DNA of 64,000 nt, taken from contig CAIVQG010000030.1 in the NCBI GenBank assembly GCA_903907985.1, forward strand, positions 25,534 through 89,533, written 5' to 3'. A program made the translations under genes and the position numbers. Positions within the stretch are counted from its first letter, which is position 1. Each line of letters begins with the position of its first letter. Source of the DNA: an uncultured delta proteobacterium (lineage in GTDB: Bacteria; Desulfobacterota; Syntrophia; Syntrophales; Smithellaceae). Positions 28,055-37,490 of the stretch are shown here, one piece after another. The notes below the pieces were generated by a model. The model saw only the letters and a program-made list of their open reading frames with translations, ran no database searches and was not told where the DNA came from.

Positions 28055-29758
28055 TTAATTAATCATTTCTCTGGTGCCCAATTTCATTTCACTGATGGAT
28101 GAACCCGGTCCCACCATTGGATAAACGCATTCATCACGCGAAACACGGAAATCCATCAACACCGGTCTGTCAAGAGCAAGACCCTGGAGCAATGTGGGTT
28201 CTACTTCTTCCGGTTTGCTGGCACGCAAACCGACAATGCCAAAAGCTTCCGCCAATTTTACAAAATCAGGCGCGTAAGTCATGTCGGTGTGAGAATAGCG
28301 CTTTTCATAGAATAATTCCTGCCATTGACGCACCATGCCCAGATAACCGTTGTTCAAAAGTACTATTTTCACATTAATTTTATATTGCGCAGCTGTAGCT
28401 AATTCCTGGATGTTCATCTGAATACTGCCATCACCGGCAATATCAATGACGTGTTTATCGGGAAAAGCACATTTCACCCCGATGGCGGCCGGCAGCCCAT
28501 AGCCCATTGTACCCAATCCGCCAGAGGTAATAAAGGTATTGGGCAGATCGAAGGGGAAAAATTGTGCGGTCCACATCTGATTCTGGCCCACTTCAGTTGT
28601 GATAATGACATTGCCTTTAGTTACTTTATGGAGCGTTTCAATGACATGCTGCGGTTTGATTATCTGGCCGTTTTGGCAATATGCCAAGGGAAACTGCTCT
28701 TTCCATCCGGCGATTTGTTCCAGCCATTCCTTGCGTTCCGCTGCCTGTTGCGTGTAATTATGCTCGGCTAAAAATTTAAGCATATCTCGCAGGGTAGGCT
28801 TAGTTGCGCCGATAATCGGCAAATCAACAACTACATTTTTGTTAATCGATGAAGGATCGATATCAATTTGCACAATTTGGGCGTTAGCGGCAAAAGTTTC
28901 AATCGTGCCGGTTACCCGGTCATCAAAACGCACTCCCACGGCGATCAGTAAATCGCAGTGACTCACCGCCATATTGGCGTAATATGTTCCATGCATGCCT
29001 AGCATGCCCAGCCAGAGGGGATCTGTTCCCGGAAAGGAACCTATGCCCATTAAAGTACCGGTAACCGGGATTTGATATTTTCTGGCTAACTCGGTGAGTT
29101 CGGACGAGGCCTTGCCTAGAATGACGCCACCGCCGGTCATGATTAATGGTTTTTTGGCGTGGGAAAGCATTTCATAAACCTGAGCCATTTTTTTCGGAGC
29201 TGGTTTATGGATAGGCTCATGATTTCTAATCTGGATAGCGGCGGGATCAAAATCAATTTCCGCAGCCATTACATTCTTAGGTAAATCTACCAGAACAGGG
29301 CCGGGCCGTCCGGTGCGGGCAATATGGAAAGCTTCTTTGATGGTGGAAGCCAATTCTTCGATATTACGGACAAGAAAATTATGTTTGGTGCAGGGGCGCG
29401 TGATTCCGGTGATGTCGCATTCCTGAAAAGCGTCATTGCCGATTAAGGATGTGGGAACCTGCCCGGTAAAAACGACCAGCGGTATAGAATCCATGTTGGC
29501 CGTTGCTATGCCTGTCACAGTATTTGTGGCACCGGGACCGGAAGTAACCAGACACACGCCCACTTTTCCTGTGGCACGGGCGTACCCGTCGGCTGCATGA
29601 ACCGCACCCTGTTCATGACGAACTAAAATATGTTTTAGTTTGTTTTTATAGAGTTGGTCATAAATATCAAGAACGGTGCCACCCGGATATCCGAAAATAA
29701 TATCTACTTTTTCAAGTTCCAGCATTTTCAACAGGATTTGTGAACCTTTCAACTTCAT
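28055..29758 (-). CDS. ilvB: Acetolactate synthase large subunit
   Basis: The ThDP motif is GGLGTMGYGLPAAIG...IAGDGSIQMNIQEL..LNNG. I prefer the ATG at 29758 (MKLKGSQ) because GGAGG lies upstream. The ORF could extend to a TTG at 29773. Confidence 0.95.
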   Translation of the reverse strand: MKLKGSQILLKMLELEKVDIIFGYPGGTVLDIYDQLYKNKLKHILVRHEQGAVHAADGYARATGKVGVCLVTSGPGATNTVTGIATANMDSIPLVVFTGQVPTSLIGNDAFQECDITGITRPCTKHNFLVRNIEELASTIKEAFHIARTGRPGPVLVDLPKNVMAAEIDFDPAAIQIRNHEPIHKPAPKKMAQVYEMLSHAKKPLIMTGGGVILGKASSELTELARKYQIPVTGTLMGIGSFPGTDPLWLGMLGMHGTYYANMAVSHCDLLIAVGVRFDDRVTGTIETFAANAQIVQIDIDPSSINKNVVVDLPIIGATKPTLRDMLKFLAEHNYTQQAAERKEWLEQIAGWKEQFPLAYCQNGQIIKPQHVIETLHKVTKGNVIITTEVGQNQMWTAQFFPFDLPNTFITSGGLGTMGYGLPAAIGVKCAFPDKHVIDIAGDGSIQMNIQELATAAQYKINVKIVLLNNGYLGMVRQWQELFYEKRYSHTDMTYAPDFVKLAEAFGIVGLRASKPEEVEPTLLQGLALDRPVLMDFRVSRDECVYPMVGPGSSISEMKLGTREMIN

Positions 29759-29895
29759 TATTACTACCTCCAAAACTAGTGTTTGTTTATATGATGCTTT
29801 TTTAATGAGATCATTCGACTCATTTCATTCGCTCTGGATAAACTCGACTAGGGCATTTTACGGCTTTGCCTGAAAAAGCCAAGTCTCATTAAATT

Positions 29896-29932
29896 AAAAA
29901 AGCCGCTTATCTTCTTGCGAAAAAGCGGCTTT
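29896..29932 (-). terminator. Second leader hairpin, intrinsic terminator (ilv attenuator, distal)
   Basis: The minus-strand RNA reads AAAGCCGCTT-14 nt-AAGCGGCTTTTTT: a 10-bp stem followed by a U-run. Confidence 0.6.
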
Positions 29933-29943
29933 GTACCTGAAAT

Positions 29944-29977
29944 AAAAAAGCCGCAGGTTTCAGGGGCCTGCGGCTTT
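29944..29977 (-). terminator. First leader hairpin, intrinsic terminator (ilv attenuator, proximal)
   Basis: The minus-strand RNA reads AAAGCCGCAGG-9 nt-CCTGCGGCTTTTTT: an 11-bp stem followed by a U-run. It starts 19 nt after the leader ORF stop. Confidence 0.6.
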
Positions 29978-29995
29978 GTATCTTTATTCTATCTT

Positions 29996-30106
29996 TTAAA
30001 GACACAGAGCGGCAGACCCCCTGAGTACTACTACGAGTACCCTTACGTTGCTGATAATCAGGCTCTTGCCGCTAACTAAATCTTTAAAATACATTTCATG
30101 TCCCAT
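29996..30106 (-). CDS. Putative ilv leader peptide (36 codons, Ile/Leu/Val-rich)
   Basis: My own translation of the minus strand gives MGHEMYFKDLVSGKSLIISNVRVLVVVLRGSAALCL*. This is below the length cut-off of the ORF track. In the stretch LIISNVRVLVVVL, 10 of 13 residues are I/L/V. It lies between a promoter and two terminator hairpins upstream of ilvB. Confidence 0.6.
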   Translation of the reverse strand: MGHEMYFKDLVSGKSLIISNVRVLVVVLRGSAALCL

Positions 30107-30128
30107 CGATTTGCTGAACTAGTTTTTC

Positions 30129-30157
30129 CTATTAACGGAAAAAAAACTATTTGTCAA
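30129..30157 (-). promoter_or_regulatory. Sigma-70-type promoter of the ilv leader/operon
   Basis: The minus strand reads TTGACA-17 nt-TAATAG. The -10 element ends about 23 nt upstream of the leader ATG. Confidence 0.55.
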
Positions 30158-30240
30158 GACACTTTCTAAAGATTGTTCGTCTCGTTAAAGCTGCTATCAG
30201 TCGCATAGAGAGCGAGATTATCTTGTGGGATAAATTTTTG

Positions 30241-32271
30241 CTACCGGAATAAATCTTCCTTTTCTTCAGTTATGTCGTCAGCTTTTTCGGCGGGTTGCAC
30301 GCTTTCCAGAAAGGCTTCATAAATGGTTCCTTTGTCTGATCCTTTAACTCGTACGCCTGTTTTCGCGTCAACACGGACAAAAACAATCCCTTCCGGCGTG
30401 GGAAATGTTTCTACCGGCGTGTTTTGTAAAAATTTTTCCATGAAATAAAGCCAGATAGGTGCAGCGGCCCGTCCGCCAACTTCCTGCTTTCCCAAAGATA
30501 TCTCCTGGTCAAAACCAACCCAAACACCGGTAATTACCGAAGGAGTAAAACCGAGAAACCAGGCATCGCGGACGTCGTTTGTTGTTCCGGTTTTCCCGGC
30601 TATCGGGCGGCCGATACTTTTCACTCGTCTGCCGGTGCCACTTTCTACAACATCCTGCATGATATAAGTTGTCATAAAAGCGATGCGGGCATCAATAACT
30701 TGTTCTGATTGGACTTTAGCTTCTTCAAAAACATTGCCGGTGCGGTCAACAATTTTTTTAATGAAATACGGTGTAACTTTTTTCCCCCCGTTGGCTAATA
30801 CCCCGTAAGCACGCACCAGTTCTTGCAGCGTTACGCCGGACGTCCCCAGGGCCAAGGATAAGTTTCTGGTGAGCGGAGAAGTTATCCCCATATTCATGGC
30901 ATAGGATGCCGCGTAATCAATGCCGATGTCCTGCAAAATTTTTATCGTTACAACATTACGAGACTGCACCAGGGCCGTTCTCATGGTTACTGGTCCCAAG
31001 AATTTCTCGTCAAAATTTTTCGGTTTCCAGAGACCGTCTTCTTTCGACACATCCTCAAAAACAACGGGAGAATCTACAAAGCGAGTTGACGGATTCATGC
31101 CTTTATCAAAGGCGGCCGTATAAATTAAAGGTTTGAAAGCGGATCCCGGTTGACGGCGTGATTGTGTTGCGCGGTTGAATTCACTTTTATTAAAATCGCG
31201 GCCGCCTACCATTGCCCGGATAGCACCAGTCTTTACATCCATGGAATAAAGTGCACCTTGAGCGAGGCCCGGTTCATGACTTTCCCGGCTTTCCAATTCG
31301 GCCAGACCTTTTTCCATTGCATCGCGGGCATCTCTTTGCGCTGATAAATTAAGGGTTGTATAAATGGAGAGTCCTTCCTTGTAAAGGACATCAGCGCCAT
31401 ATTTTTCCTGCACATAACGGCGGACATGTTCCACAAAATAAGCAGCAACCTTATCTTTCGGTTTTATGGGCCGCATTTTCAATGGAGTGGCTATTGCGCG
31501 TTTCATCTCGACTTGCGAAATGTAACCGTCTTCCATCATGCGCGTCAGAACATATATCTGTCTCTGCTTTGCTTTGTCATAATGGAGAAACGGAGAATAT
31601 GTAGTGGGGGCCTTAGGCAGTCCTGCCAGCAGCGCTGCTTCGGGTAAAGTCAGGGCGTGGGCGCTCTTGCCAAAGTAACCGAGTGCTGCCGACTCAATTC
31701 CATATGTGCCATGTCCCAAATAAATCTGATTCAAATATAAATTCAGAATCTCGTCTTTAGTCAGGTATCTATCGATTTTGTAAGCGAGAATGGCCTCCTT
31801 GACTTTGCGCATATATTTTTTTTCTGGTGAAAGATACATCATTTTAGCGACTTGCTGTGTTATGGTGCTGGCGCCTTGGACGATGTGTCCTGCTTCGAAA
31901 TTCTTCAAAACGGCGCGGGAAATGCTTTGCATATCGAAGCCCTGATGCTGATAGAAGCGGGAATCTTCGGCGGAGATAAAGGCATTGGAAACGATCTTGG
32001 GAATATCATGAATCTTAACAATTTTTCTGTCTTCCAGAAAAAATTCATCGATTAATTCATTGTTGTCGTCGTAAACACGCGAGGCAATACTGGGACGGTA
32101 ATCCTTCAAGGCGTCAATTCCGGGTAAGTCCATGGTCAGGATATAATAAGAGGCAGTTCCAGCCACGGCTAGCAATAAGAACAGCACAATTAAACCGAGA
32201 GCAAAAAAAGGAAGTCGGGAAGGCTTCTTCTTTTTGCCTTTGGACGCAGTTTCTTTCCGGCGTAAACGCAT
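30241..32271 (-). CDS. mrcA: Penicillin-binding protein 1A (bifunctional glycosyltransferase/transpeptidase)
   Basis: 676 aa. GT51 motifs are EDSRFYQHQG and GASTITQQ. Transpeptidase motifs are GSAFKP (SxxK) and KTGTT. Confidence 0.9.
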   Translation of the reverse strand: MRLRRKETASKGKKKKPSRLPFFALGLIVLFLLLAVAGTASYYILTMDLPGIDALKDYRPSIASRVYDDNNELIDEFFLEDRKIVKIHDIPKIVSNAFISAEDSRFYQHQGFDMQSISRAVLKNFEAGHIVQGASTITQQVAKMMYLSPEKKYMRKVKEAILAYKIDRYLTKDEILNLYLNQIYLGHGTYGIESAALGYFGKSAHALTLPEAALLAGLPKAPTTYSPFLHYDKAKQRQIYVLTRMMEDGYISQVEMKRAIATPLKMRPIKPKDKVAAYFVEHVRRYVQEKYGADVLYKEGLSIYTTLNLSAQRDARDAMEKGLAELESRESHEPGLAQGALYSMDVKTGAIRAMVGGRDFNKSEFNRATQSRRQPGSAFKPLIYTAAFDKGMNPSTRFVDSPVVFEDVSKEDGLWKPKNFDEKFLGPVTMRTALVQSRNVVTIKILQDIGIDYAASYAMNMGITSPLTRNLSLALGTSGVTLQELVRAYGVLANGGKKVTPYFIKKIVDRTGNVFEEAKVQSEQVIDARIAFMTTYIMQDVVESGTGRRVKSIGRPIAGKTGTTNDVRDAWFLGFTPSVITGVWVGFDQEISLGKQEVGGRAAAPIWLYFMEKFLQNTPVETFPTPEGIVFVRVDAKTGVRVKGSDKGTIYEAFLESVQPAEKADDITEEKEDLFR

Positions 32272-32282
32272 TATTTTACCAA

Positions 32283-33047
32283 TTATTCTTCTGTTTCTTC
32301 AGGAGTTGCTTTTTTCTTTTCCACAAATCTTGCTACAAATATACTTACTTCATATAAAAACATCAAAGGTATTGCCATTAATACCTGACTCAAAGCGTCG
32401 GGAGAAGGCGTCAAAATAGCAGCGACAATAAAAATGACTAAAATAGCGTAACGTCTTTGTTTGGATAACATTTGTGCATTGACTATTCCTAATTTAGCGA
32501 GGAAAAAGATAAAGACAGGTAATTCAAAAGATAAACCAAAACCCAGTAAAAAAGTTACAAAAAGCGAAAGGTAATCACTAAAAGAAATCATCGCTTGTAG
32601 GTATTTGTTATTAAAGCTGACAAAAAATTCAAACGCCGGCGGTAGGGCAACAAAGTAACCGAAGAGAATGCCACTGATAAAAAGCAGTGAAGACGATGCC
32701 ACAAAGGGAACAACATATTTTTTTTCTTTCGGCATCAAGCCTGGTGCAATGAACTTCCATATTTGATAGAGTATGAAAGGGCTGGTAATTATCAAAGATG
32801 CAAAAAAAGCTAATTTCATGTAAACAAAAAATGCCTCTGTCAGGCCTGTGTATATCAGATAGCTGTTTTTCGGCAGCACAGAGGTTAAAGGCCGAGTGAT
32901 AATATCGAAAATCCATTCCTTAAAATAATAGCAGGCGAAAAAACCTATGCCCACGGCTATAAGCGAACGGGTAAGCCTTTTGCGTAATTCGACTAAATGC
33001 TCAGTCAGGGACATTTTTTCTTCGGCAATGTCGTCGTTATTTTCCAT
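32283..33047 (-). CDS. tatC: Twin-arginine translocase subunit TatC
   Basis: 254 aa and 6-TM. The N-terminal segment MSLTEHLVELRKRL is typical of TatC. Confidence 0.9.
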   Translation of the reverse strand: MENNDDIAEEKMSLTEHLVELRKRLTRSLIAVGIGFFACYYFKEWIFDIITRPLTSVLPKNSYLIYTGLTEAFFVYMKLAFFASLIITSPFILYQIWKFIAPGLMPKEKKYVVPFVASSSLLFISGILFGYFVALPPAFEFFVSFNNKYLQAMISFSDYLSLFVTFLLGFGLSFELPVFIFFLAKLGIVNAQMLSKQRRYAILVIFIVAAILTPSPDALSQVLMAIPLMFLYEVSIFVARFVEKKKATPEETEE

Positions 33048-33105
33048 AAATACCTGTTTTTAATTAAAAACTTATTAGAATAGCAGACAGTGATATTTTT
33101 CGAGG

Positions 33106-33378
33106 TTATGATTTTTTAGTAGTCTCATCGGGCGCAACTGGCTTAGGTTCTTCCTGTTCAGTTTTTAATAAAAGTGAATCTTTCAAACCATTATCTTTAG
33201 GTTTTTCGTCGTGTTGCATGGTTTGTTTGAGGTCATCGGTGATTCCTTCGGTTGCTTTCTTGAATTCACTGAAGCCCTTACCCAAAGTTTTGGCCAGATC
33301 GGGCAATTTTTTTGGACCGACAACCAGCAGAGCAATAACGGCAATTATGATTAACTCTTGAAACCCAATACCAAACAT
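33106..33378 (-). CDS. tatA: Twin-arginine translocase TatA/TatB family protein
   Basis: [26 protein letters not shown], followed by an amphipathic helix and a charged tail. Confidence 0.85.
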   Translation of the reverse strand: MFGIGFQELIIIAVIALLVVGPKKLPDLAKTLGKGFSEFKKATEGITDDLKQTMQHDEKPKDNGLKDSLLLKTEQEEPKPVAPDETTKKS

Positions 33379-33524
33379 GAAATATTAACTCCTGAAAATT
33401 TGAATAATTACCATATATTTCGATAACTGCTTTTGTCAATAGTTTTTGCATACACAAAATGTTTGTCCGCTGATGTTGATTGTTATTACTGTGTAATATC
33501 CGGAAGGAGATGAATTAAACAGAT

Positions 33525-33565
33525 ACATCACCCCTCCTTCCAGATAAAGGAAAGAGGGGTGATGT
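33525..33565 (-). terminator. Hairpin downstream of the acyl-CoA dehydrogenase gene
   Basis: A 12-bp stem, ACATCACCCCTC / GAGGGGTGATGT, with a 17-nt loop. It lies 10 nt beyond the stop codon. Confidence 0.5.
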
Positions 33566-33574
33566 GTAAGAATT

Positions 33575-35419
33575 TTAGGAAACGAAACTTTCTTCTGCAA
33601 TCTCCATGATGGACAGATCATCACTCTTGACGGCTTTGACAACAGCATCAATCTCCGGCAGGATATGCTTGATGAAATACTTGGCCGCCGTAACCTTCCC
33701 AGCATAGAATGCCGCATCCTTGTTGGATTTGACGATTTCTCCCAGTTTCAGGGGGTCGCTGCAGAGAGCATCCAGCTTTTCCTTAGCCACGCCGGCCTCC
33801 CAGAGGAGGAGCCAGGCCAGAACGACTTTCCCCATCATCATCAGGAAGGGATAGGCGTTACCAATCGGCACCATGAACTTACCGCTCTTCCCGCAGGATG
33901 CGAAGTACATGGCGAGATCGGCCAAAGCGTTCACGCCGTTTTGGACATCTGCTGCCATATCTTTCAAGGCCGGATGGTCTTTGTAGCGGGATACCGTTGC
34001 TCCCATTTCTCCGAGGAGATTCATGAAGTACATGCCCTTCTTCATACCGAGTTTGCGTCCGACGAGGTCGAGAGCCTGAATGCCGTTGGTGCCTTCATAA
34101 AGCGAGGCAATCTTTTCATCGCGCATGAACTGCTCGACGGGATACTCGGCGCAAAAGCCGTAACCGCCATAAACCTGAATGGCCTGCTCGGTTACCTTGA
34201 ACCCGATATCTGAACAGTAGGCCTTGCAGATAGGCGTCAGTACTTCGAGGATACCGTGATATTTGTCCTTCTGGGCTTCATCGGTTGCTGTTTCAGCGAG
34301 GTCGACGCAATAGGCGGTATAGTACATCAGTACCCGCATGCCTTCGACCTGTGCTTTCATCCACAAAAGCATTCTGCGGACATCAGGGTGTGAAATGATC
34401 GGTACGCGGGGCGCTTCCGGGTTCTTCATATCCAGAAGGGATGACCCTTGCAGCCGGTCTTTGGCATACTGAACTGCATGCATATAAGCGATGGAACCGC
34501 TGGCCAGTCCCTGGAGTCCCACACCGATACGAGCCTCGTTCATCATCAGGAACATGACTTTCATTCCCTGACGTTCTTCTCCGAGGAGTTCGGCGTAACA
34601 CCCATTATTGTCGCCGAAATTGATCAGGCAGGTGGAGCTCCCGTGAAGGCCCATCTTGTGTTCGATGCCGTCGATTGTAAAATCATTCCTCTTCCCGAGG
34701 CTTCCATCTTCATTGACCAGATATTTGGGAACGAGGAAAATGGAGATACCGCCGGTACCGGCGGGGTCGCCTTCAATACGGGCCAGAACGGGATGGATAA
34801 TATTGGAAACCAGATCATGGTCACCGGAGGTGATGAACAGCTTCGTGCCCTGAATCTTGAACGTGCCGTCCGGCTGTCTGATGGCTTTTGTCTTGAGAGC
34901 GCCAACGTCCGAACCGGCCGAGGGTTCCGTCAAACACATCGTCCCGCTCCATTCGCCGGTATTCATCCTTTGCATGTATTTTGACTTTTGTGCTTCCGTG
35001 CCGAAGGCCTCAATAAGATGCGAGGCGCCTTCCGTGAGTCCGGGAAAAGCGACAAAGGCAAAATTATGCATGAACCAGTCTTTGGCTGCGGTTGAAACGA
35101 TAAGGGGAAGCCCCTGGCCGCCAACCTCCGGCGACTTGCTCATCCCCATCCAGCCGCCTTCGCAGAATAGCTTATATGGTCTGCGGAAGACCTCTGGGGC
35201 AAATACTTGTCCGTTTTCCAGGCGGCAACCAACCTTGTCCGCTTCCGTTAGCGTGGGCAATATCTCTTCCGTGGCGAACTTTTGTGCTTCGTTGAGAATC
35301 ATGTTGAACATATCTTCTGAAAAATCGGCATATTTTGCCGCCTTACAGATATTAGCTACATCCAGAAGCTCATAAAGAATAAATTTCTGATCTCTTTCGT
35401 CCAGTATCAAACTTGCCAT
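33575..35419 (-). CDS. Acyl-CoA dehydrogenase (long form with an extra C-terminal helical domain)
   Basis: 614 aa. The ACAD core includes CLTEPSAGSD, the middle beta-domain, and YEGTNGIQALDLVGRKL. Confidence 0.85.
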   Translation of the reverse strand: MASLILDERDQKFILYELLDVANICKAAKYADFSEDMFNMILNEAQKFATEEILPTLTEADKVGCRLENGQVFAPEVFRRPYKLFCEGGWMGMSKSPEVGGQGLPLIVSTAAKDWFMHNFAFVAFPGLTEGASHLIEAFGTEAQKSKYMQRMNTGEWSGTMCLTEPSAGSDVGALKTKAIRQPDGTFKIQGTKLFITSGDHDLVSNIIHPVLARIEGDPAGTGGISIFLVPKYLVNEDGSLGKRNDFTIDGIEHKMGLHGSSTCLINFGDNNGCYAELLGEERQGMKVMFLMMNEARIGVGLQGLASGSIAYMHAVQYAKDRLQGSSLLDMKNPEAPRVPIISHPDVRRMLLWMKAQVEGMRVLMYYTAYCVDLAETATDEAQKDKYHGILEVLTPICKAYCSDIGFKVTEQAIQVYGGYGFCAEYPVEQFMRDEKIASLYEGTNGIQALDLVGRKLGMKKGMYFMNLLGEMGATVSRYKDHPALKDMAADVQNGVNALADLAMYFASCGKSGKFMVPIGNAYPFLMMMGKVVLAWLLLWEAGVAKEKLDALCSDPLKLGEIVKSNKDAAFYAGKVTAAKYFIKHILPEIDAVVKAVKSDDLSIMEIAEESFVS

Positions 35420-35825
35420 CTATACTTCCTCCTTTTTTCTGAATTATTTTTATTTAGTCGATGTTACTGCCATCGCTGTCATTTTTTGTCATCCGTTACA
35501 ACGGTAATGGACGTTATGGACTCTCTTTTATACGTCGTAAATGCGGGAGGGATGTAACACAAATCTTTCATTATCAAAAGATAATACTTAATATAAGTCA
35601 ATAAAAATACAGGAAGTATCACTATATTTCGTTGGACACGAATCAATACATTATCGCTTGATGACCAAAATACCGGATAAATTAGCGCAATAAAAAAACA
35701 TTGCCGGAAAAGAAGTTTCCCTAGCTTGACAGTAACCGGATCAATCATGTTTTGCTCTTTAGAATCATTTGTGATAAATCAGCGACAGTTTTTAATTTTA
35801 AAAAACCTCCAAAAGAGGGTGGCTT

Positions 35826-36881
35826 GTGTCCAGGAAAACAGGCATCGTCAAAGATAGTCGCTATTTGCAGCATTCTGCCGGTTATGCTCATCCGGAAAGC
35901 CCCGAGCGGCTGGCGGCAATTTATGAAATGCTGGACAATCCCGGCATGTCCTGGAAGTTTACGGAAATTGAACCGCGTATGGCTACACAGGAAGAGCTGG
36001 CGGCAATTCATTCTCCCGCGTACATTGATTATATTGCCGGCACTGCAGGCCAGGGCTGTGTTATGCTTGATCCGGACACAGTCACTAGCCCGGAAAGTTA
36101 TCAGACAGCCAAGCTGGCGGCAGGCGGTTTCTGTAACGCCATTAACAATGTTATTACCGGTGATGTGGATAATGCTTTTGCTTTTGTCCGCCCGCCCGGC
36201 CATCATGCCGAATCTGATGCCGCCGCCGGGTTTTGCATTTTTAATAATGTTGCGATCGGGGCGATGCATGCCATTTTGAAACACAACATGAAAAGGGTCC
36301 TCGTTGTGGATTGGGATTTGCACCACGGCAATGGCACACAGCATAGTTTTTACAATGACCCGCGTGTCTTGTATTTTTCTACTCACCAGTACCCCTATTA
36401 CCCGGGAACCGGCGGAATGGACGAAATTGGCCGCGGCAAGGGTAAAGGTTACACCGTTAACGTTCCACTGGACGGCGGGGCCGGAGACAGTGAATATATT
36501 AAAATATTCCGCAGAATACTGGAGCCGGTGGCACTGGAGTTTGAGCCGGAAATAATACTGTTGTCCGCGGGTTTTGACATTTATTATCAGGATCCACTCG
36601 GCAGTATGCGCGTGACGCCGCAGGGATTTGCGGCGCTGATGCGCATACTGATGAATATCGCTGATAGTTGCTGCCAGGGGCGGTTGGTGGCTGTGCTGGA
36701 AGGCGGCTATCATGTTCAGGGATTGACAAAATCAGCGAAAGCTGTTTTGGAAGAGATGCTCGATGAAATTCATTGTTCGGATGAGCAGCTTGCGGATTAC
36801 GAGCGCAATGCCGATGATGAAATAAATAGTATAATCAGTAGCGTTGCCAAAACAATCGCCCCGTTCTGGAAGCTCGGTTAA
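35826..36881 (+). CDS. Histone deacetylase family protein (acetoin utilisation / acetylpolyamine amidohydrolase-like)
   Basis: GTG start. Motifs: RPPGHHAE, DWDLHHGNGTQ, and the zinc-ligand context GFD..YQDPLG. Confidence 0.85.
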   Translation: MSRKTGIVKDSRYLQHSAGYAHPESPERLAAIYEMLDNPGMSWKFTEIEPRMATQEELAAIHSPAYIDYIAGTAGQGCVMLDPDTVTSPESYQTAKLAAGGFCNAINNVITGDVDNAFAFVRPPGHHAESDAAAGFCIFNNVAIGAMHAILKHNMKRVLVVDWDLHHGNGTQHSFYNDPRVLYFSTHQYPYYPGTGGMDEIGRGKGKGYTVNVPLDGGAGDSEYIKIFRRILEPVALEFEPEIILLSAGFDIYYQDPLGSMRVTPQGFAALMRILMNIADSCCQGRLVAVLEGGYHVQGLTKSAKAVLEEMLDEIHCSDEQLADYERNADDEINSIISSVAKTIAPFWKLG

Positions 36882-36960
36882 TATCATTTCCAATTCAATG
36901 ATGATAACTCGGCGAAGCCAATAAAGGCGGCACGCGAAGTGAGCCGTTTAGCCAAAAAAC

Positions 36961-37020
36961 TTAGTCTTGCCATAACCTGATAACCTAACCACCTGAAGGT
37001 GGCGCGAGGTCACAAGACCA
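36961..37020. repeat. Copy A of a short dispersed element (CCTGATAACCTAA-N9-GGTGGCGCGAG) in the gatC leader
   Basis: The blocks lie at 36976-36988 and 36998-37008. They recur as a reverse complement at 57259-57293. A local hairpin, CCACC-tgaa-GGTGG, is present. Confidence 0.6.
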
Positions 37021-37066
37021 GCATGGATGGTTATTTCGTAACGGCCCCTAAGAAGGAGAATTACTG

Positions 37067-37351
37067 ATGATCAGCAAACAGGAAGTTGAATATGTGGCGC
37101 ACCTGGCGCGCCTCGAAATTGACGATGCGCAAAAGGATAAATTTACTTCGCAGTTAAACGATATTCTGCTTTACATTGATAAACTCAACGAACTGGATAC
37201 TACCGGTGTGGAGCCGATGAGTCATGCGATTGCCGTGACTAATGCGTTTCGTGAAGACAGGATTATGGATTCCCTGGGCACTGAAAAATCACTGGCCAAT
37301 GCACCGGATGGACGTGGCGAATTTTTCCGTGTACCAAAAGTAATAGAATAA
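37067..37351 (+). CDS. gatC: Asp/Glu-tRNA amidotransferase subunit C
   Basis: 94 aa. The N-terminal segment [14 protein letters not shown]...F..QLNDIL.YIDKL is typical GatC. Confidence 0.9.
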   Translation: MISKQEVEYVAHLARLEIDDAQKDKFTSQLNDILLYIDKLNELDTTGVEPMSHAIAVTNAFREDRIMDSLGTEKSLANAPDGRGEFFRVPKVIE

Positions 37352-37490
37352 GAAATTCATAATTTTAAATCCCCTGCAAGCCTTTCGACAAGTTCCCCGG
37401 CAGGCTTGCGGCGCGACTGGAGTCCGGAAAAGAGCAGTCACTTGTTTTGCTGCTGCCGAGAAATTATTATACGACGGAAAGAAGGAAGTT

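Noticed and set aside
35479-35748. An 89-aa minus-strand ORF in the 400-nt gap between the acyl-CoA dehydrogenase and HDAC genes.
   Set aside because: The region is AT-rich and promoter-like. There is no RBS, and the product is hydrophobic and low-complexity with no homology I recognise. It is probably not a gene; I kept the region as a divergent promoter region only.
35745-36713. A 322-aa ORF on the minus strand.
   Set aside because: It lies entirely antisense to the HDAC-family gene, which has unmistakable motifs (RPPGHHAE, DWDLHHGNGTQ). The antisense product is low-complexity (R/H/A/I-rich) with no recognisable motif, so it is a shadow ORF.
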